Positions 1-15,000 of a DNA stretch of 64,000 nt are shown in pieces (position 1 is the stretch's first letter; every line of letters starts with the position of its first letter). Under the pieces are notes generated by a model, which was not told the DNA's origin, did not search any database, and saw only the letters and a list, made by a program, of their open reading frames with translations. A program made the translations under genes and the position numbers. The stretch covers positions 1,178,001 through 1,242,000 of the forward strand of contig CAKKNE010000005.1 of the NCBI GenBank assembly GCA_918797485.1, read 5' to 3'. The stretch is from Pelagomonas calceolata (taxonomy: Eukaryota).

Positions 1-1
1 A

Positions 2-3000
2 CTAAAGGAGCTGACGTATACGCCCTGCGCCGAGTGCTGGGGGCGCGACGAGGTTCAACTGGAATTAGTGACGGAGGAAGGTACAGTATTTAACGCCACG
101 CTATCTATCGAAATCGAGCCCGTCGACGACGTCCCGGAGCTAGAAGCCCCGGACTTACTCGAGGTCGAATCTAGAGTTTCGTTGCGAGGCATCTCCGTTT
201 CGGATGTGGACAGCGAAGATGAAGCGTACAAGCTGACCTTATTCGCGCTGGGTGGCGTCTTCGAGGGCTGTCGCAACGCCACGGCGACGTCCGTCCTGGA
301 ATATGAGATGACATTGGACGCGATGAATTTATGTTTACAGGAAAGCTACTACCGGCCGCTCGAAGGCTTCGCCGAGGCCTTCGTCGACAACGTCACTTTG
401 ACCCTAGAAGACCCCGGTCCGTCGAAGCACCGCCTGACGGAGCATATACAAATCCACGCTGCTGTAGCACAGAGTGGTCCTCGCATCGAGCTGCCGCCCT
501 ACTACGAGTTGGGGTTGGAGGGCTTTATCGTGGAAGGCGACGATGCGAACACGACTGTCTCATTGACCACCGATGCGCTCGATGCCCTACTACGACTAGA
601 TAGCCTCGAGCAAGGAGTGTCGATTGATCAAACGGAGCACGGCATCATCCTAAGGGGTTCAGCTAAAGCTATCTCGACGACGCTGCAGTCGCTGACGTAC
701 GTCCGCGAGCCCTCGTTCGAGGGCAGTGATACGATCACGGCCGTCATAAGAACGAGTAACGCGTCGCGCACGGCGAAAGTAGCCATCGACGTGCGGGGCG
801 GCGACGCGACGGAATTGTCATTAGTTGATCTCAAGCCTCGGCGGGGCTTCGGGGGCACTCGAGTACGGGTGACAGTGTTGCATGCCGACGAGTTTCCTCT
901 ACAGTGCCAGTTCGGGGAGCGAGGCGCGGCCAAAGCTCGTAAAGTGGACAACGAGACCTTTGAGTGTGTGGCACCTCAAGGTAGAGCGGGCTACGCTTCT
1001 CTTAGAGTGCACAACAGACGGTTCTGGTCGGACCCTATACAATTTCTGTATGAAGAACCTGTTCGAGTGGTACGAATAACGCCGCCCGTCGGTAGCGTCA
1101 ATACGCCCCTTTTGCTGCATGTTGACAGCGTCATGCCCTCGCCCGACCTAGCTTGCCACTTTGGTGATGTAATTGTAAAGGCGACTAGACTGGATTCCAC
1201 AACAGTAGCTTGTACGGCGCCGGATCTGAATGGAACTGTGGAGGTCGCAGTGTCGACGAACGGTGTGGATCACGGACCGTCATCGCTCTTCGAGTTTGTG
1301 GACGTGCCCTCGTCACTCACATTGGAACCAGCTTCGGGCGGTCTAGCTCCCCAACTCATTCGCGTGACGACGGATGTTCCATTAAAACGGTTGCCGCACT
1401 TCTGCCGCTTTGGTTTATATGAGACGCCGGCCGCCGTTTTGGATGACTATACGCTAGCCTGCGAGGCACCGAGATCAACAGAGAACCAGGCGGTGCGCGT
1501 CTCCATTGATGGCGGGGCGTCCTACGGCGAGGCTTTTGCAATCTATCGACGCGTCGACAGTGCCATAGCCTGGATCGCGCCAGCAATGGGGTCGCATGGC
1601 ACCCTAGTTACCATAGGGGGCCGCGGCTTCGATGCCTCGACGACGTGTCGCTTCGGTTCTACAGAAGTGGAGGCCGCCGTCGTCTCGGCCGAGGAGCTCG
1701 TATGTCGCGCGCCGGTCGGAAATGGCACCGTTGCGATCGGACTGCTTGTTGACGAGGTCGAGATTTCTTCAAGGCACAGTTACACGTACGTGGAGCCGAC
1801 GCTGCTCGGGTCGCTCTCTCCGAATACGGGGCCGACGACGGGGGGCACTTTGGTCACGATCCACGGCCTGCGCCTGGCCGACGACGCTTCTTGCAACTTT
1901 GGCAACGCGTCGGTGCCGGCGCGCTGGGTCTCCGCCGAGCAGATCGAGTGCGCGGCGCCGCCTCATAAAGAGGGTGTAGTGGACGTGACCGTCGCCGGCG
2001 AGGTCCTCCGCTTCCAGTACGCGGCGCCGCTCGTCCCGCGAGCGGCTTATCCGAGTTCCGGGCCCGCCGGCGGCGGGACCGTCGTCGCCATTGAAGGCTC
2101 GGGCTTTGCCTTCTCGCCACGCCTCAAGTGCCGCTTCGGCTGGACCGAGGTCCCGGCGACGTTCGTGAGCGAAGCGGAGGTCCGGTGCGCGGCGCCGCCG
2201 GGCGACGCGGGACCCAGGGCCCTCGCGGTGAGCGGCAACGGCCAGGACTTCGTCGACGTCCCGGCGGGCTTCGCCTACGAGGCCGCGCCCGTCGTACACG
2301 GCGTCGCGCCGCCGCTCGGCTTCGCCGGCACGCTCGTCACGCTGACGGGCGCGGGACTCGGCGGCGTGTCGGCGTGCCTCTTCGGCGACGCCTCGACGCC
2401 GGCGACGGTCGTCTCCGACACGGAGGTCCGGTGCGCGGCGCCGGCGGGCGCGGGCTCGCTGGCCGTCGGCGCGAGCGTCAACGGCGTCGACGCCTACGCG
2501 AGCGCGGCGCGCTTCCGGTACGTGGCGCGGCCCGAGGTGCTGTCGCTGGAGCCCGCGAGCGCGGGCGTCGAGGGCGGCGCCACCGTCGTGGTCCGGGGCC
2601 TCCGGTTCCCCGACTCGAGCCTCCTGGCGTGCCGCTTCGGCGCGACGACCGCGGCGGCGCGCTGGGTGAACGCGACGGAGCTCGAGTGCGAGGCGCCGCC
2701 CGCCGACGCGAGCGGACCCGTGACCGTCGAGGTGAGCGCGAACGGCGCCGACTTCACGGCCGACGGCGCGGCGTTCTCGTACGCGGCGACGGCGACGGTG
2801 ACGGGCGCGGGTCCGCTGTCGGGCCCGGCGACGGGCGGCACGGAGGTGGTCGTGCGCGGCGCGAACCTGGTGTTCTCGCCGTCGCTGGCGTGCCGGTTCG
2901 CGTTCTTCGACGTGCCGGCGAGCTTCGTCGGCCCGACGGAGCTGCGGTGCGCGGCGCCGGCGCAGAGCGCCGGCGCCGCGGCGTTCGCCGTCGTCGACGA

Positions 3001-6000
3001 CCGGCGCGTGCTCTACGAGGCCAGCTTCGAGTACACGCCGCTCATGGCCGTGCGCGGCGCGAGCCCGCCGCGCGGCGCGGCCGGCACGTCCGTCAAGGTG
3101 GCGGGGTCGGGCTTCGCGGCCTACGCGACGGCCGAGTGCGTCTTCGGCGATATTAGAGTCGAGGCCGTCGTCACGTCGGACACGGAGGTCGCCTGCGCCG
3201 CGCCGCCCGGCGAGGGCGACGTCACGGTGCGCGTCGTCTCCGGCGCCACGACCGCGGCGGGCGAGGCGGTGTTCGCCTACGCGCGCGCGCCGAGCGTATC
3301 AAACCTACGGCCGAGCACGGCCGCCGCGGGCGAGCCCGTCACCGTCCACGGCGCGGACTTTGTGGACGCGAGCGAGCTCGCCTGCGCCTTCGGCGACGTA
3401 ACGACACAAGCGCGCTACGTGTCGAGCACGGAGCTTGTTTGTATAGCGCCGGCGGGTGCCGGCGTCGTCGACGTCGCGGTCACGGCGAACGGCGTTGAGT
3501 TCGGCGAAGCGACCGCGTTTACGTACGCGGCGACGCGCGCGCGCTTCGCCCCCGGCAGCGGGCCCGCCCGGGGCGGCACGGACGTCGTCATTAAGGGCGC
3601 GGACTTCGCGCCCGCCGCGCGCCTCGCCTGCCGCTTCGGCTCCACAAGCGTGCCGGCCGCGTTCGTCGACGACACGACCGTGGCCTGCGCGAGCCCGCGG
3701 GGCGCTGGCATTGTATCATTGAGCTTTAGTCGGGACGGCGTCGCCTTCTCATTGATGGGCGAGTTCGTCTATGACGAGGACGTCGTGTTGGAAGGTCTAG
3801 TGCCGCCGCTCGGCTCCGTCGGAGGCGCGACCGTGGAACTCGTAGGCAAGGACCTGCCGTCGTCGTGTTTGTTTGGAGACGTTGTGGTTGAGGGCACGCG
3901 CACGGACGCCGGCGTTATTTGTAGAGCGCCGCCCGGCGAAGGCATCGTCGGCGTCGCCGCGACGCGCAATTTGATAGATCCGGCCTCTTCGAGACTCCCG
4001 TTCCGCTACGTGGCCGACCCCGTTTTGACAGATGTGACGCCGGCGCGCGCCTCGGTCGGCCGCACGGTCACCATCCGGGGCGTGCGCTTCGCGGACTCTG
4101 ACTTATTAGCGTGCCGCTTCGGTGACGTAGAAGCCAGGGCCCAGTACCTCGACGCCACACGCATCAGTTGCGCCGTGCCCGCCGGGGCCGGTTCTACGAT
4201 AGCGCTCGCGATCAACGGCCGGGACTTCTTTGGTGAATTGGCCTTCCATGTGCTCGAGGACGCGAGCGTCACAAAGGTGTCGCCCGTGCAAGCACCGGTC
4301 GGCGGCGACGTCGACGTGCGCGTCTACGGCCAGGGCTTCGCGTTTTCATCGAATGCCGCCTGCCGCTTCGGCTCTTCCATCGTTCCGGCCCGGGTGCACA
4401 ACGGGACGGTGCTCACGTGCGTCGCTCCATCAAACGAAGTCGGAAAAACGTCGCTCTCCATTAGTTTGAACGGCGCGGACTTCGTGGAGGCCTCTCCGTT
4501 CAACTACTACGCGGCCCCTCTGATCCGAGAAGCCCGCAACACGCGAGGGCCTCTCGGCGGCGGTTCTTCAGTACAACTGGCGGGCGACTTCCCGTCTGGT
4601 ACAAAAACGGCGTGCCGCTTCGGTTCTACGATCGTGGACGCCGCGCTCAACGGCTCCGTCGCTACCTGTGAAGCGCCGCCGGCCGCCGCGCCGGGCGCCG
4701 TGCCTCTACAATTGCTCCTCGACGGCGCGGCCGCGCGGTCCGCGGTCGACCTCACGTATAAGTACGAGGGCGCCGTCGTGCTCGGGTCGCTCTCTCCGAA
4801 TACGGGGCCGACGACGGGAGGCACTTTGGTCACAATCCACGGCCTGCGCCTGGCCGACGACGCTTCTTGCAAATTTGGCAACACGTCGGTGCCGGCGCGC
4901 TGGGTCTCCGCCGAGCAGATCGAGTGCGCGGCGCCGCCTCATGCAAAAGGCGCCGTGGACGTGACCGTCGCCGGCGAGGTCCTCCGCTTCCAGTACGCGG
5001 CGCCGCTCGTCCCGCGAGCGGCTTATCCTAGTTCCGGGCCCGCCGGCGGCGGGACCGTCGTCGCCATTGAAGGATCGGGCTTTGCCTTCTCGCCACGCCT
5101 CAAGTGCCGCTTCGGCTGGACCGAGGTCCCGGCGACGTTCGTGAGCGAAGCGGAGGTCCGGTGCGCGGCGCCGCCGGGCGACGCGGGACCCAGGGCCCTC
5201 GCGGTGAGCGGCAACGGCCAGGACTTCGTCGACGTCCCGGCGGGCTTCGCCTACGAGGCCGCGCCCGTCGTACACGGCGTCGCGCCGCCGCTCGGCTTCG
5301 CCGGCACGCTCGTCACGCTGACGGGCGCGGGACTCGGCGGCGTGTCGGCGTGCCTCTTCGGCGACGCCTCGACGCCGGCGACGGTCGTCTCCGACACGGA
5401 GGTCCGGTGCGCGGCGCCGGCGGGCGCGGGCTCGCTGGCCGTCGGCGCGAGCGTCAACGGCGTCGACGCCTACGCGAGCGCGGCGCGCTTCCGGTACGTG
5501 GCGCGGCCCGAGGTGCTGTCGCTGGAGCCCGCGAGCGCGGGCGTCGAGGGCGGCGCCACCGTCGTGGTCCGGGGCCTCCGGTTCCCCGACTCGAGCCTCC
5601 TGGCGTGCCGCTTCGGCGCGACGACCGCGGCGGCGCGCTGGGTGAACGCGACGGAGCTCGAGTGCGAGGCGCCGCCCGCCGACGCGAGCGGACCCGTGAC
5701 CGTCGAGGTGAGCGCGAACGGCGCCGACTTCACGGCCGACGGCGCGGCGTTCTCGTACGCGGCGACGGCGACGGTGACGGGCGCGGGCCCGCTGTCGGGC
5801 CCGGCGACGGGCGGCACGGAGGTGGTCGTGCGCGGCGCGAAACTGGTCTTCTCGCCGTCGCTGGCGTGCCGGTTCGCGTTCTTCGACGTGCCGGCGAGCT
5901 TCGTCGGGCCGACGGAGCTGCGGTGCGCGGCGCCGGCGCAGAGCGCCGGCGCCGCGGCGTTCGCCGTCGTCGACGACCGGCGCGTGCTCTACGAGGCGAC

Positions 6001-9000
6001 CTTCGAGTACACGCCGCTCATGGCCGTGCGCGGCGCGAGCCCGCCGCGCGGCGCGGCCGGCACGTCCGTCACAGTGGCGGGGTCGGGCTTCGCGGCCTAC
6101 GCGACGGCCGAGTGCGTGTTCGGCGATATTAGGGTGGAGGCCGTCGTCACGTCGGACACGGAGGTTACGTGTGAAGCGCCGCCCGGCGAGGGCGACGTCA
6201 CGGTGCGCGTCGTCTCCGGCGCGACGACCGCGGCGGGCGAAGCCATTTTTACCTATGCGCGCGCGCCGAGCGTATCAAACTTGCGGCCGAGCACGGCCGC
6301 CGCGGGCGAGCCCGTCACCGTCTACGGCGCGGACTTTGTCGACGCGAGCGAGCTCGCCTGTGTTTTTGGAGACGCAACGACGCAAGCGCGCTACGTGTCT
6401 TCTACAGAACTCGTTTGCGTCGCGCCTGTTAATGAAGGCGTCGTCGACGTCGCGGTCACGGTCAATGGCGTGGCGTTCGGCGCCTCGGCGGCGACGTTCA
6501 CCTACGCAGCAACCAACGCGACCTACGAGCTGCGCCCCCGCCGCCTCGCCACAAAGGGCGGCACCATCGTCCAAGTGCGCGGGCCCCACCTCGAGCTCGC
6601 GCCTTCCTTAGCTTGTAGATTTGGCGTCTACGAGGTGCTCGCTTCTGTCAAGGAGGGCGCCCTGGCTTGTAGAGCGCCGCCGCTCGAGGTCGGTTCGGTT
6701 GCCTTCCGCGTGATGAGCGACGGCCGCGTTGTGTATGATACGCAGCTGGACGTAGCATCGATTCCCTTCGAGGCTTCGCCAACGCTCGGCGCGAACGGCA
6801 CGCTCGTGCATGTAGATGCTGAAAAGGCGCCGTACCGCCAGTGCTGCGTCTTCGGCGATCACATCGTATCCATTGAAGATGATATTTGCAGAGCGCCTCC
6901 GGGACGGGGCCGTGTTGTGCTGAGAGTGGCGCCCTGCGACGCTCCAGATTCGGAGCAAGACGGCCTGTCGTGGACATATGTACAAACGCCCATTTTGTAC
7001 GCCGTGGCTCCCTCCGTCTTGTCGCCGTCCCTGGACGGCTCCGCGTCTGTCATCGGCGCTCATTTTGTCGACGCTGTCGAATTGACCTGCTACGCCAATT
7101 CAGTAAAAGTGCCGGCGCGCTTCGTCTCCGAATCTGAAATTGTGTGCGACTTGTCTGAGGAAGAAGGGCCGAGCGTCTCCTTATCCATCAGTGTGAACGG
7201 CCAAGACCGGAGCAATGCATTGAAAGTAGAAATCGCGCCTCAATTCATAATACACGACGCGACACCTTCAACGATACGGCCCTCCACCAAATTCATCGAA
7301 GTGAGAGGCGCCGGCTTTATTGATAGTCGAGCGCATGCCTTAGTGTGTGTGACGGGCGACCACGTCACGGCCGCGCGGCACGTGTCGGCTTCGGTCGTGC
7401 GCTGCCCTGTTGTTGGTCTTCAGACATCAATCAAGCTGTGCTACGAGGGCCTGGGCTGCTCGAATGCCCTCGCATTGTCCAGGAAGGACGCACCTGTTAT
7501 TGATAGCGTGGAGCCGGCGGTCTTATCCGTCGAAGGCGGTGCGGTCAAGTTTTACGGTTCCGGGTTTATGGAAGATGCCTCCTGCCAGTTCGGCGACGTT
7601 ACTGTTGTGGCATTAACACATGAAGATGATCTGGTGGAATGTGTCATGCCTGCTATGGCACCGGGCGCGTACGCCAGTCGCGTCGTCTTCGAGGACGTCT
7701 CAAGTTCACCAGAAACGCTTAGAGTCGTAGCAAAACCGGCCGTAGCTTCCATCAAACCAGCCATCGTCGGGTTAACTGGTGGAATGGTTACGGTCCAGGG
7801 CGGCGCCTTCCCGGCGGATTTGGAGGTGGTGTGCGCCTTCGACGGAACAATATCTCAAGGGAGACGGCTCTCTTCCACAAGTGTAAGCTGCGCCGCGCCG
7901 CCGACGGGCCTCGCTGATACAGTGCAAGTGCGCGTCGGCTTTTCTCCTCATACATTGTCGGCCACGTCTACATCCCTAAACTACGCCCCCGCGGGCCGCG
8001 TCGTCGACGTCGCCCCGACGGTCGTCGCTTCGGGCCAAGCCACGGAGCTCACGCTCATCGGCACGAACCTTCGTGATGTAGCGTGCCGCTTCGACGGCGT
8101 CGTCGTGGAGGCCCAAGTCATTGACGCTAATGAAGCGCGGTGTGCGGTGACGGGGCGAACCGCAAAGGCTACAGTCCTCGAAGTGTCCCTCGACGGCGCT
8201 TTGTATGAAGAAGTTGAATCGATCAGTGTCGTCGACCGCTTCGCACTAAGCAGCGCAGAAGTTTTAGGAGACGAGCTCGTGGTCCGAGGGTCTTTTACTG
8301 ATTCAATAACGAGCTGCATCTTTGATGGACGCGACTTCGTCGACGCGACGGTGCACAACGCTTCCACGATCACGTGTCCCGCGACTACTGCAACGAGTGT
8401 CCAGGTCGGTAACAGGAGAGAGGCCCTCTCGGAGTCGATGCGCATCGATACTATCAAACAATTCGTCATTGCGAAGATAGCGGTCGTCGACCGCGGCGCT
8501 ACTTTACGACTGGGTGGTGCGAACCTTGTAGAAAGGGAGCATCTGGCGTGCGACTTTGGTGCTCTTCAGACATCTGTAACCAAGCAAGGCTCACATCTCG
8601 AGTGCGCGCTGCCCGACGCCGTCGCGCAGAAAGGTGGTGGTTTTGAATTGATAAACGCCGGTCGGCCGCCCATCTATCTCGTGGAACCATTGATCCCAAA
8701 ACAAGCGCCTCGACCGACGGTCTTCGATGTTGTTAGAGTAGACGCCTCCTTACGTGTGAGAGGCGCCAACTTCATCAGAGAAGACGTCGTCGAGTGCCTC
8801 GTAAGGCACACCACACTAATCGGGACGCACGTCTCACCTCGAGAAAGGGCCTGCCTGGATGTTGTGGATGACGATTTGAGTGAGGGCGTCACGATCCGTC
8901 TGAATGGTGTGGAGGTGCTCACGACTCCGGTGGCCTCCTCGGAAAGCATCGAGGAAGATACTCCGATCGGCTTCCGCACGTTATCCGTCCGTCCTTCGCT

Positions 9001-12000
9001 AGTGAGCGCGGACCAGGGCGGTATCCTTACTGTTGCAGGTGTGAACTATCCTTTAGAGAGAAAGCTCTTCTGCCGCATCGACGATCTTGTGGTGGAGGGC
9101 GAGGCGCTCAACACTACTGCTGTATTGTGCCGCATCCCTCAATTGGATCGGATCGGGACCTTTAATCTTACGATAGAGGGCGATGCTGGAGGCACGTCGA
9201 TCCGAGTGTTGCGGGACCCTTCCATAGCGCAAGTGACTCCCACAGCTATTGCAAGGGGCGACGTCGTACGAGTAGAGGGCGCGAATTTTGTGGAGGGCGC
9301 TACTTTTTGCAAATTCGATTCCCATATCGTGCCGGCGGCTTTTGTGAATACAAGATCCATCTCGTGCGTCGCGCCGTCGTCCGCATCGACGCTACGCGTG
9401 TCGAACGACGGGAGGGCCTTTTCTTCTCATGTCAACTTGACGGCGAAAAGGGCGCTCGTCTTCGGCGCTGTCGTGAGTGAAAGACGCGTTTCAGTAAAAG
9501 ATACGACGTTCTCCGTCGAGGCGGACAACGTGACGTGCGCGCCGCGCTGCACATGCTCCGATAACGTCTGCCGAACTTCAGAAGATAGAGTGTGTGTCAT
9601 TATCGATGGCGTGAAATCAGCCCAGATGTGCGGCTCCTTACAGAATATACCTATCGTAAGCGCGCCGCCGAACGCCGATCGAGCGTCGCCGTCCGTCGTC
9701 CACGGCCCGACGGACGTCGTCGTCCGTGGCGGCGCCTTCGCCCTCCACCACCAATGCCTCGTCAACGGCAGTGCCGTGGCAACGACGTGGCTGTCTCCGA
9801 CGCAACTAAGTTGTTTGATTGACGCCGCCCCGGGTTCCTACGACCTAAGCGTCAATGGAGGCGTCTCGACTCGCATCGAAGTCACGTCGCGGGTCTTGGT
9901 GGAGACGCTCTCTGATGTGACACATGTCGACGATGTTGTGGAGGCTTCATTATCCAATACGATAGACGTCGGCGGCGCGTCGTGTACGTTCGACGGTCAC
10001 ACGCATTCAGCTGATGTTGTGGACGGGACGCATGTCTACTGCCACGCTCCCTCGGAGGAGACGCGGGCGGATGTTTCCCTGTCAGTCGGCGCGTTGCCAC
10101 TGCACGGCTCTAGGGAGGTGTCCATCAAGGAGCCGCCCCGCATCCATAGTGTCGAGCCGCCGCTGGCGCCCGTCGGCATTTCTACAGAAATTACGGTGCG
10201 AGGAAACTTCCCGTCCCAAAAACTATACTGCCGCTTCGGCTCCGTGAACACGGAGGCGTCCGTCCTTTCCGCATCGGAGCTGCGGTGCCCCGTACCTCCC
10301 ACGGATACGGTACGCACGGTGCCCTTCGACGTGGGCTATTCGAGAGGTCAAGCTACACATATGGCCCACGCCTTCGCCTTTTACCGCCAGGCGCGCCTTG
10401 CTTCTGTCAAACCACGATCCGCGTCCATTGGATCCTCCATCTCTGTACAGATAGCGGCGCCCGACAACTTACGTTATCCGGCCTTCGCGTCCTGCAAATT
10501 TGGCGATAGAATAGTCGAGGCCGCGCGGCCGTCGTCGTCGGAATTTGTTTGTCAAGTGCCTCCCCTACAACCTGGTGCTTACGAGTTAGCGGTGGCGCTC
10601 GACGGCTCGACCTTCTCGCAATCTATGCCGTTCTACGTCGTCGAAGCGCCGTCAGTTCTGAAGGTCGAGCCGTCGTCCGCTTCTGTGAGAGGAGGCGCTT
10701 TCATCGAAGTGAGCGGCACCGTCGGCTCGTTGCTGCATACGGCCTGCGTGTTTGACGGTGTTGTGTCGCGAGCTCTGTCGGAGACGAACGGCAGCGTGAC
10801 GTGCGTCGCACCGCGAGTCCAGGCTCCTCAAACCATCCAAGTTCGATTGGCCGTCCACGGTTTAGTGAGTGAGACCTCGGCTCCCTTCACCTACGTAAGG
10901 CCACTCTATTTACAGAGTGTCACACCAGTGCGCGCGCCGCCGCGGGCTCTCATTCATTTGGAGGTGGACCACGCTGTTGATGGAAAGTGCCTCTTCGGCG
11001 ACGTGGAGACGGCCTTTAACGGACTGGAGTGCGCCGTACCTAGCATACAAGGTGTGGTGGACTTACGAGTGAAGACGGGAAGTGACGTCTCGAACGCGAT
11101 CCATTTCGAAATTCTCGAAGCTGTTTCATTGGAGAGCGTCCTGCCGCACACGGGGCCGACGACCGGTAATACGGCACTGGTCATACGAGGCACGGGCTTT
11201 GCGAGGCACCATGCTGTCGAGTGTCGCTGGAGGAGGGACGGCGCTCTCAGCAGAACGAACGCCACGGTCTCCACAGATGTAAGGTGTCTGACGCCTGCCT
11301 TCGCGCAGGGGCCCGGGGTCTACGACCTCTCCTTGACTGTCGATGGCGTCGAGAGCGAATCTTTGTTTTTTGAGGTGCGAGATACTCTAGAGCTGCTAGA
11401 CATGGACCTCGACGTGTCGACGGCGCTGGGCGGCGCTTCTACCTTGATTCGAGTGAGGCATTTGGAGCTGCCCACATCAGACGCGGAGTGTCGCTTCGGC
11501 GGTGCGACGGTGCCGGCGACGTATTGGGCCGCGAACGTCGTCCAGTGTCGAGTGCCGGCGCATGCCGCTGGAAAGGTGAATGTGAGCGTCTCGCCCGACG
11601 GCGTGCATTTCTACGGGAATTTACAGATAGTTTACGTGCCGGAGCCGCCTTCAATTATTGAAATCGTCCCTTCGACAATTTACGACTCGAACGCGTCGAT
11701 AGCATTGGTCGGGAGCGGGTTTACTCGTTCAAAGCGGTTAACGTGCCGCTTCACGGGAGACGAGGTCACGGAGACGCCAGCGTCTTATACTGGTGAAGGC
11801 GCTACTTGTCAAGTACCATCATCCTCGTCCCTTGTGCAAGCATCTGTGGACGGGATACATTGGGGACCCGGCGTGCGATTGATTGTATCAAAACCGCCCG
11901 TCGTATCAATGATGGGGCCGGAGGGCGGGCCGGAGAGTGGCTCAACTATTTATTTGGAGGGCGTTAATCTAGCGGAGGCAGCAACAGAGTCTGCAAAGTG

Positions 12001-15000
12001 CCGCGTCGGCTCTACGGAGGTAGACGCTGATATCAATGAAGACGGCGTGGCGTGCCGCGTGCCGGCGATGGCGCCCGGGACGGTTCCCGTGCTCATCTTG
12101 CCGAACGGCCGGGACGTCATACATACGTCGTCGTACACCGTAAAGCCGCGCCCAGCCCTACTAAGAGCGGAACCCATGATAGGAACGATGACCGGCGGCC
12201 ATCTGATAACGGTCCATGGGTCGCGGCTGGCGTCCCTCAAAAGCGCGCGGTGCTCGTTTTCCGGCGTTTTATCCGCGGCCGAAGTGATTAATGGCGGCCT
12301 GCGGTGCGTCCAGCCCCCGCTGGACGAGGGGACGTATTCATTGACAATCGACTCGGCGCTCGGTCTACTCGAGCCTGTACTAAGGTATGAGGTCCTTTCT
12401 TCGGTCAGAGTTGATTCGCTTGCACCTTCATATGGATACGCTTCAACAATTGTCGAAGTCGCGGGCCGCTTCAGTGACTTAGAAGCGCCGCTGACCTGCC
12501 TCTTCGGTTCGAATGAAGCGAACGCGTCCCTCGTGTCTGACACGTTACTTAAGTGTACTGCGCCAGAATCTTCACCAAAACGCGTCTCTCTACGAATCCG
12601 GGACGCGCGGGGCCGCCTGTCCGAGGGAAAGACGTACCACTACTTATCACCGATACAAATCCACGCCGTGGCGCGGGGCGAAGCTGTTGAGGCAGGTAAA
12701 GATGGCGCGCTCACGATTACTGGCCTCGGCTTCCCGGACACGCCCCAACTCGCGTGTCGAGTCGACGACATGCTCTACGACGCGACGTGGATGGCCTCCC
12801 ACTTGTTAGTGTGCGCCATGCCTCCCTTGGCCGCGCAGCAAACAAATTACACCGTTTTCGTCACAAGTAACGGCGTCGACTTCGTACCTTATCAGGGTAT
12901 TATCGAGGCGGCGGGCATGGGACCGATCATGCAGGAAGATACTGTAGAGGACGCAGAGGATCCTGTCCAAGAGACGGGTGTCGTCGTCCTCGCCGTCGCG
13001 CCCCCGAGCGCGCCGGCGTCCGGCGGCCATTCTGTGAAGATACACCTCTCGGCACCGCTCCAAGGTGTCGTCGCGTGCCGCTTCGGTGCCATCACGCGAC
13101 CGGCGCGCTTCATTTCCGACGACGTGGCCACTTGTGCTACTCCTTCACTTAGTGGAGACGTACTGTTCAGTTTTGAAGAGGACGATACGGTTATCCCCTT
13201 CGCCAACAGCGATGACATGCTGTTCACGTTGCGAGGGCGGAGCCACGCCATGCGCCTCTCGCCTTCACAGGGTGACGAGGGCACTCTCGTCGAAATCGAC
13301 GTCGCTTCTGCAAACACGGGCCCGGGCCGGTGGCGCTGTAGGTTTGGCGATATTGTGGTAAGAGGCCGAGTCGTCTCGACCAACAGAGTCGCGTGTCCCG
13401 CGCCGGCTGGTCATGGCACAGTAAAGGTGACGGTGGCCGGTCCGTTACGAGATGATGCCTTTGGCACCTCCGACGCGGCCTTCACGTTCGTGGCGGCGCC
13501 TCGTGTACTCTCCCTCTCTCCTATCATGGGCTGGACGGCGGGGGGCTACGTCGTCGACGTGCGTTTGAGTCAAAACGTTCAGAGCTGTATGTGCCGTTTC
13601 GACGACCTATCTGTGGAAGGCACAGTTAGCGATGACACGGTGCGGTGCCGCGCGCCTCCATTAAAAGAGGGCACTACGTCGGTACGAGTGACCTGCGGGA
13701 CCGGCGTGCACGAGCTACGAGTGAGGCGGCCGGCCGAGGCGTTCTCCACTCAACCAGCGAGGGGCTCGGAGCGCGGCGGCAGCCTTATTTCGATAAAGGG
13801 CAGGAACTTCCCCAACGTCGCTTCTCTACATTGTGTCTTCGGCGGCGTTTCGGTCCCAGCTAGATGGGAGTCTGACGGAAGAGTGACGTGCGCGGCGCCC
13901 TCCCGGGGCTATCCTGGTTCTGTGGATGTCACATTAGTAAGTGACGGTCTACCTGCTCATACGACGACAGCTACGTACACCTACACGCAACACAGCGTCG
14001 TGGACTCCATCACTCCTGGGCGTTCCTCGCATCTCGGCGGCGAGCTCGTATCTGTGAGAGGCGCCTTCTTCGACGCGTCCGCGAAGCTGCGGTGCGCCTT
14101 CGGCGGCCTCCAGGTGCCCGCTTCACTGATTAACTCTACTCTGTTGAAGTGCGCGGCACCGGCGAGGCCGCCCGGTCTTGTATCACTACAGATCCTCGTG
14201 GACGGTCTAGTAGCAAACGCCTTCGATTTTGTGTACGAACTGACGGCGACGGCTTATGGTATTGTACCGACGCTAGGGCCCGCGCTCGGCGGCGGCACTA
14301 TTTCACTGATAGGCGCCAATTTCGACGGTAAAACGAGATGCTGTATTAACGAAGTCGAAGTCGCGACGACATACGTCTCATCGACTCAATTGCGTTGCGA
14401 GGCGCCCCCGCGCGCGCCTGCCACGATCGTACGGATCCATGTCTGTGGGGACGTCTCGAAATTCGACTACGAGTACTTTCGACCGGCACTGGCCCTGGGC
14501 GCCTCACCAGCCATGGGCGCCGAGGAGGGCGGCACCATTGTCGAAGTGAAGGCGGCCTTCGACGCCAACGACCAAGGGATTGATGTTATGTGTCGGTTTG
14601 GTAGTACGGCAGTGAACGCGTCGCGGCTCGACGACGTCGTACGGTGCGTGGCGCCGCCGCGTCGAGCGATGGACGAAGTCGTACGACTGGCGGTCGTCTA
14701 CGACGCTAATGAGTACGTGGAGGAAGCTACTTCATTCAGATACGTGAAGAACCTGCGAATTACCTCTATGAGCCCCTTGAATGCATCCCTACGAGGCGGT
14801 TCGGTGGTCAGGGTCGAGGGCAGCGGCTTCGACGTCAACAGCGATGTCGTGTGCTCCTTCGGCGGCGTCGAGGTGGATGCTATCATTTTAGATGCCTCGT
14901 CACTCGGTTGCGTCGCGCCACCATTTGGCTTTGCTACAACGACGTGGCTGAGTGTCGAGTCGCGGTTCCAACCTGCGGCGAACAACCGAGTCGTCTTTGC

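Noticed and set aside
2128..6132. Two 342-aa Arg/Gly-rich ORFs (2128-3156, 5104-6132)
   Set aside because: Off-frame artefacts of the very GC-rich duplicated block.
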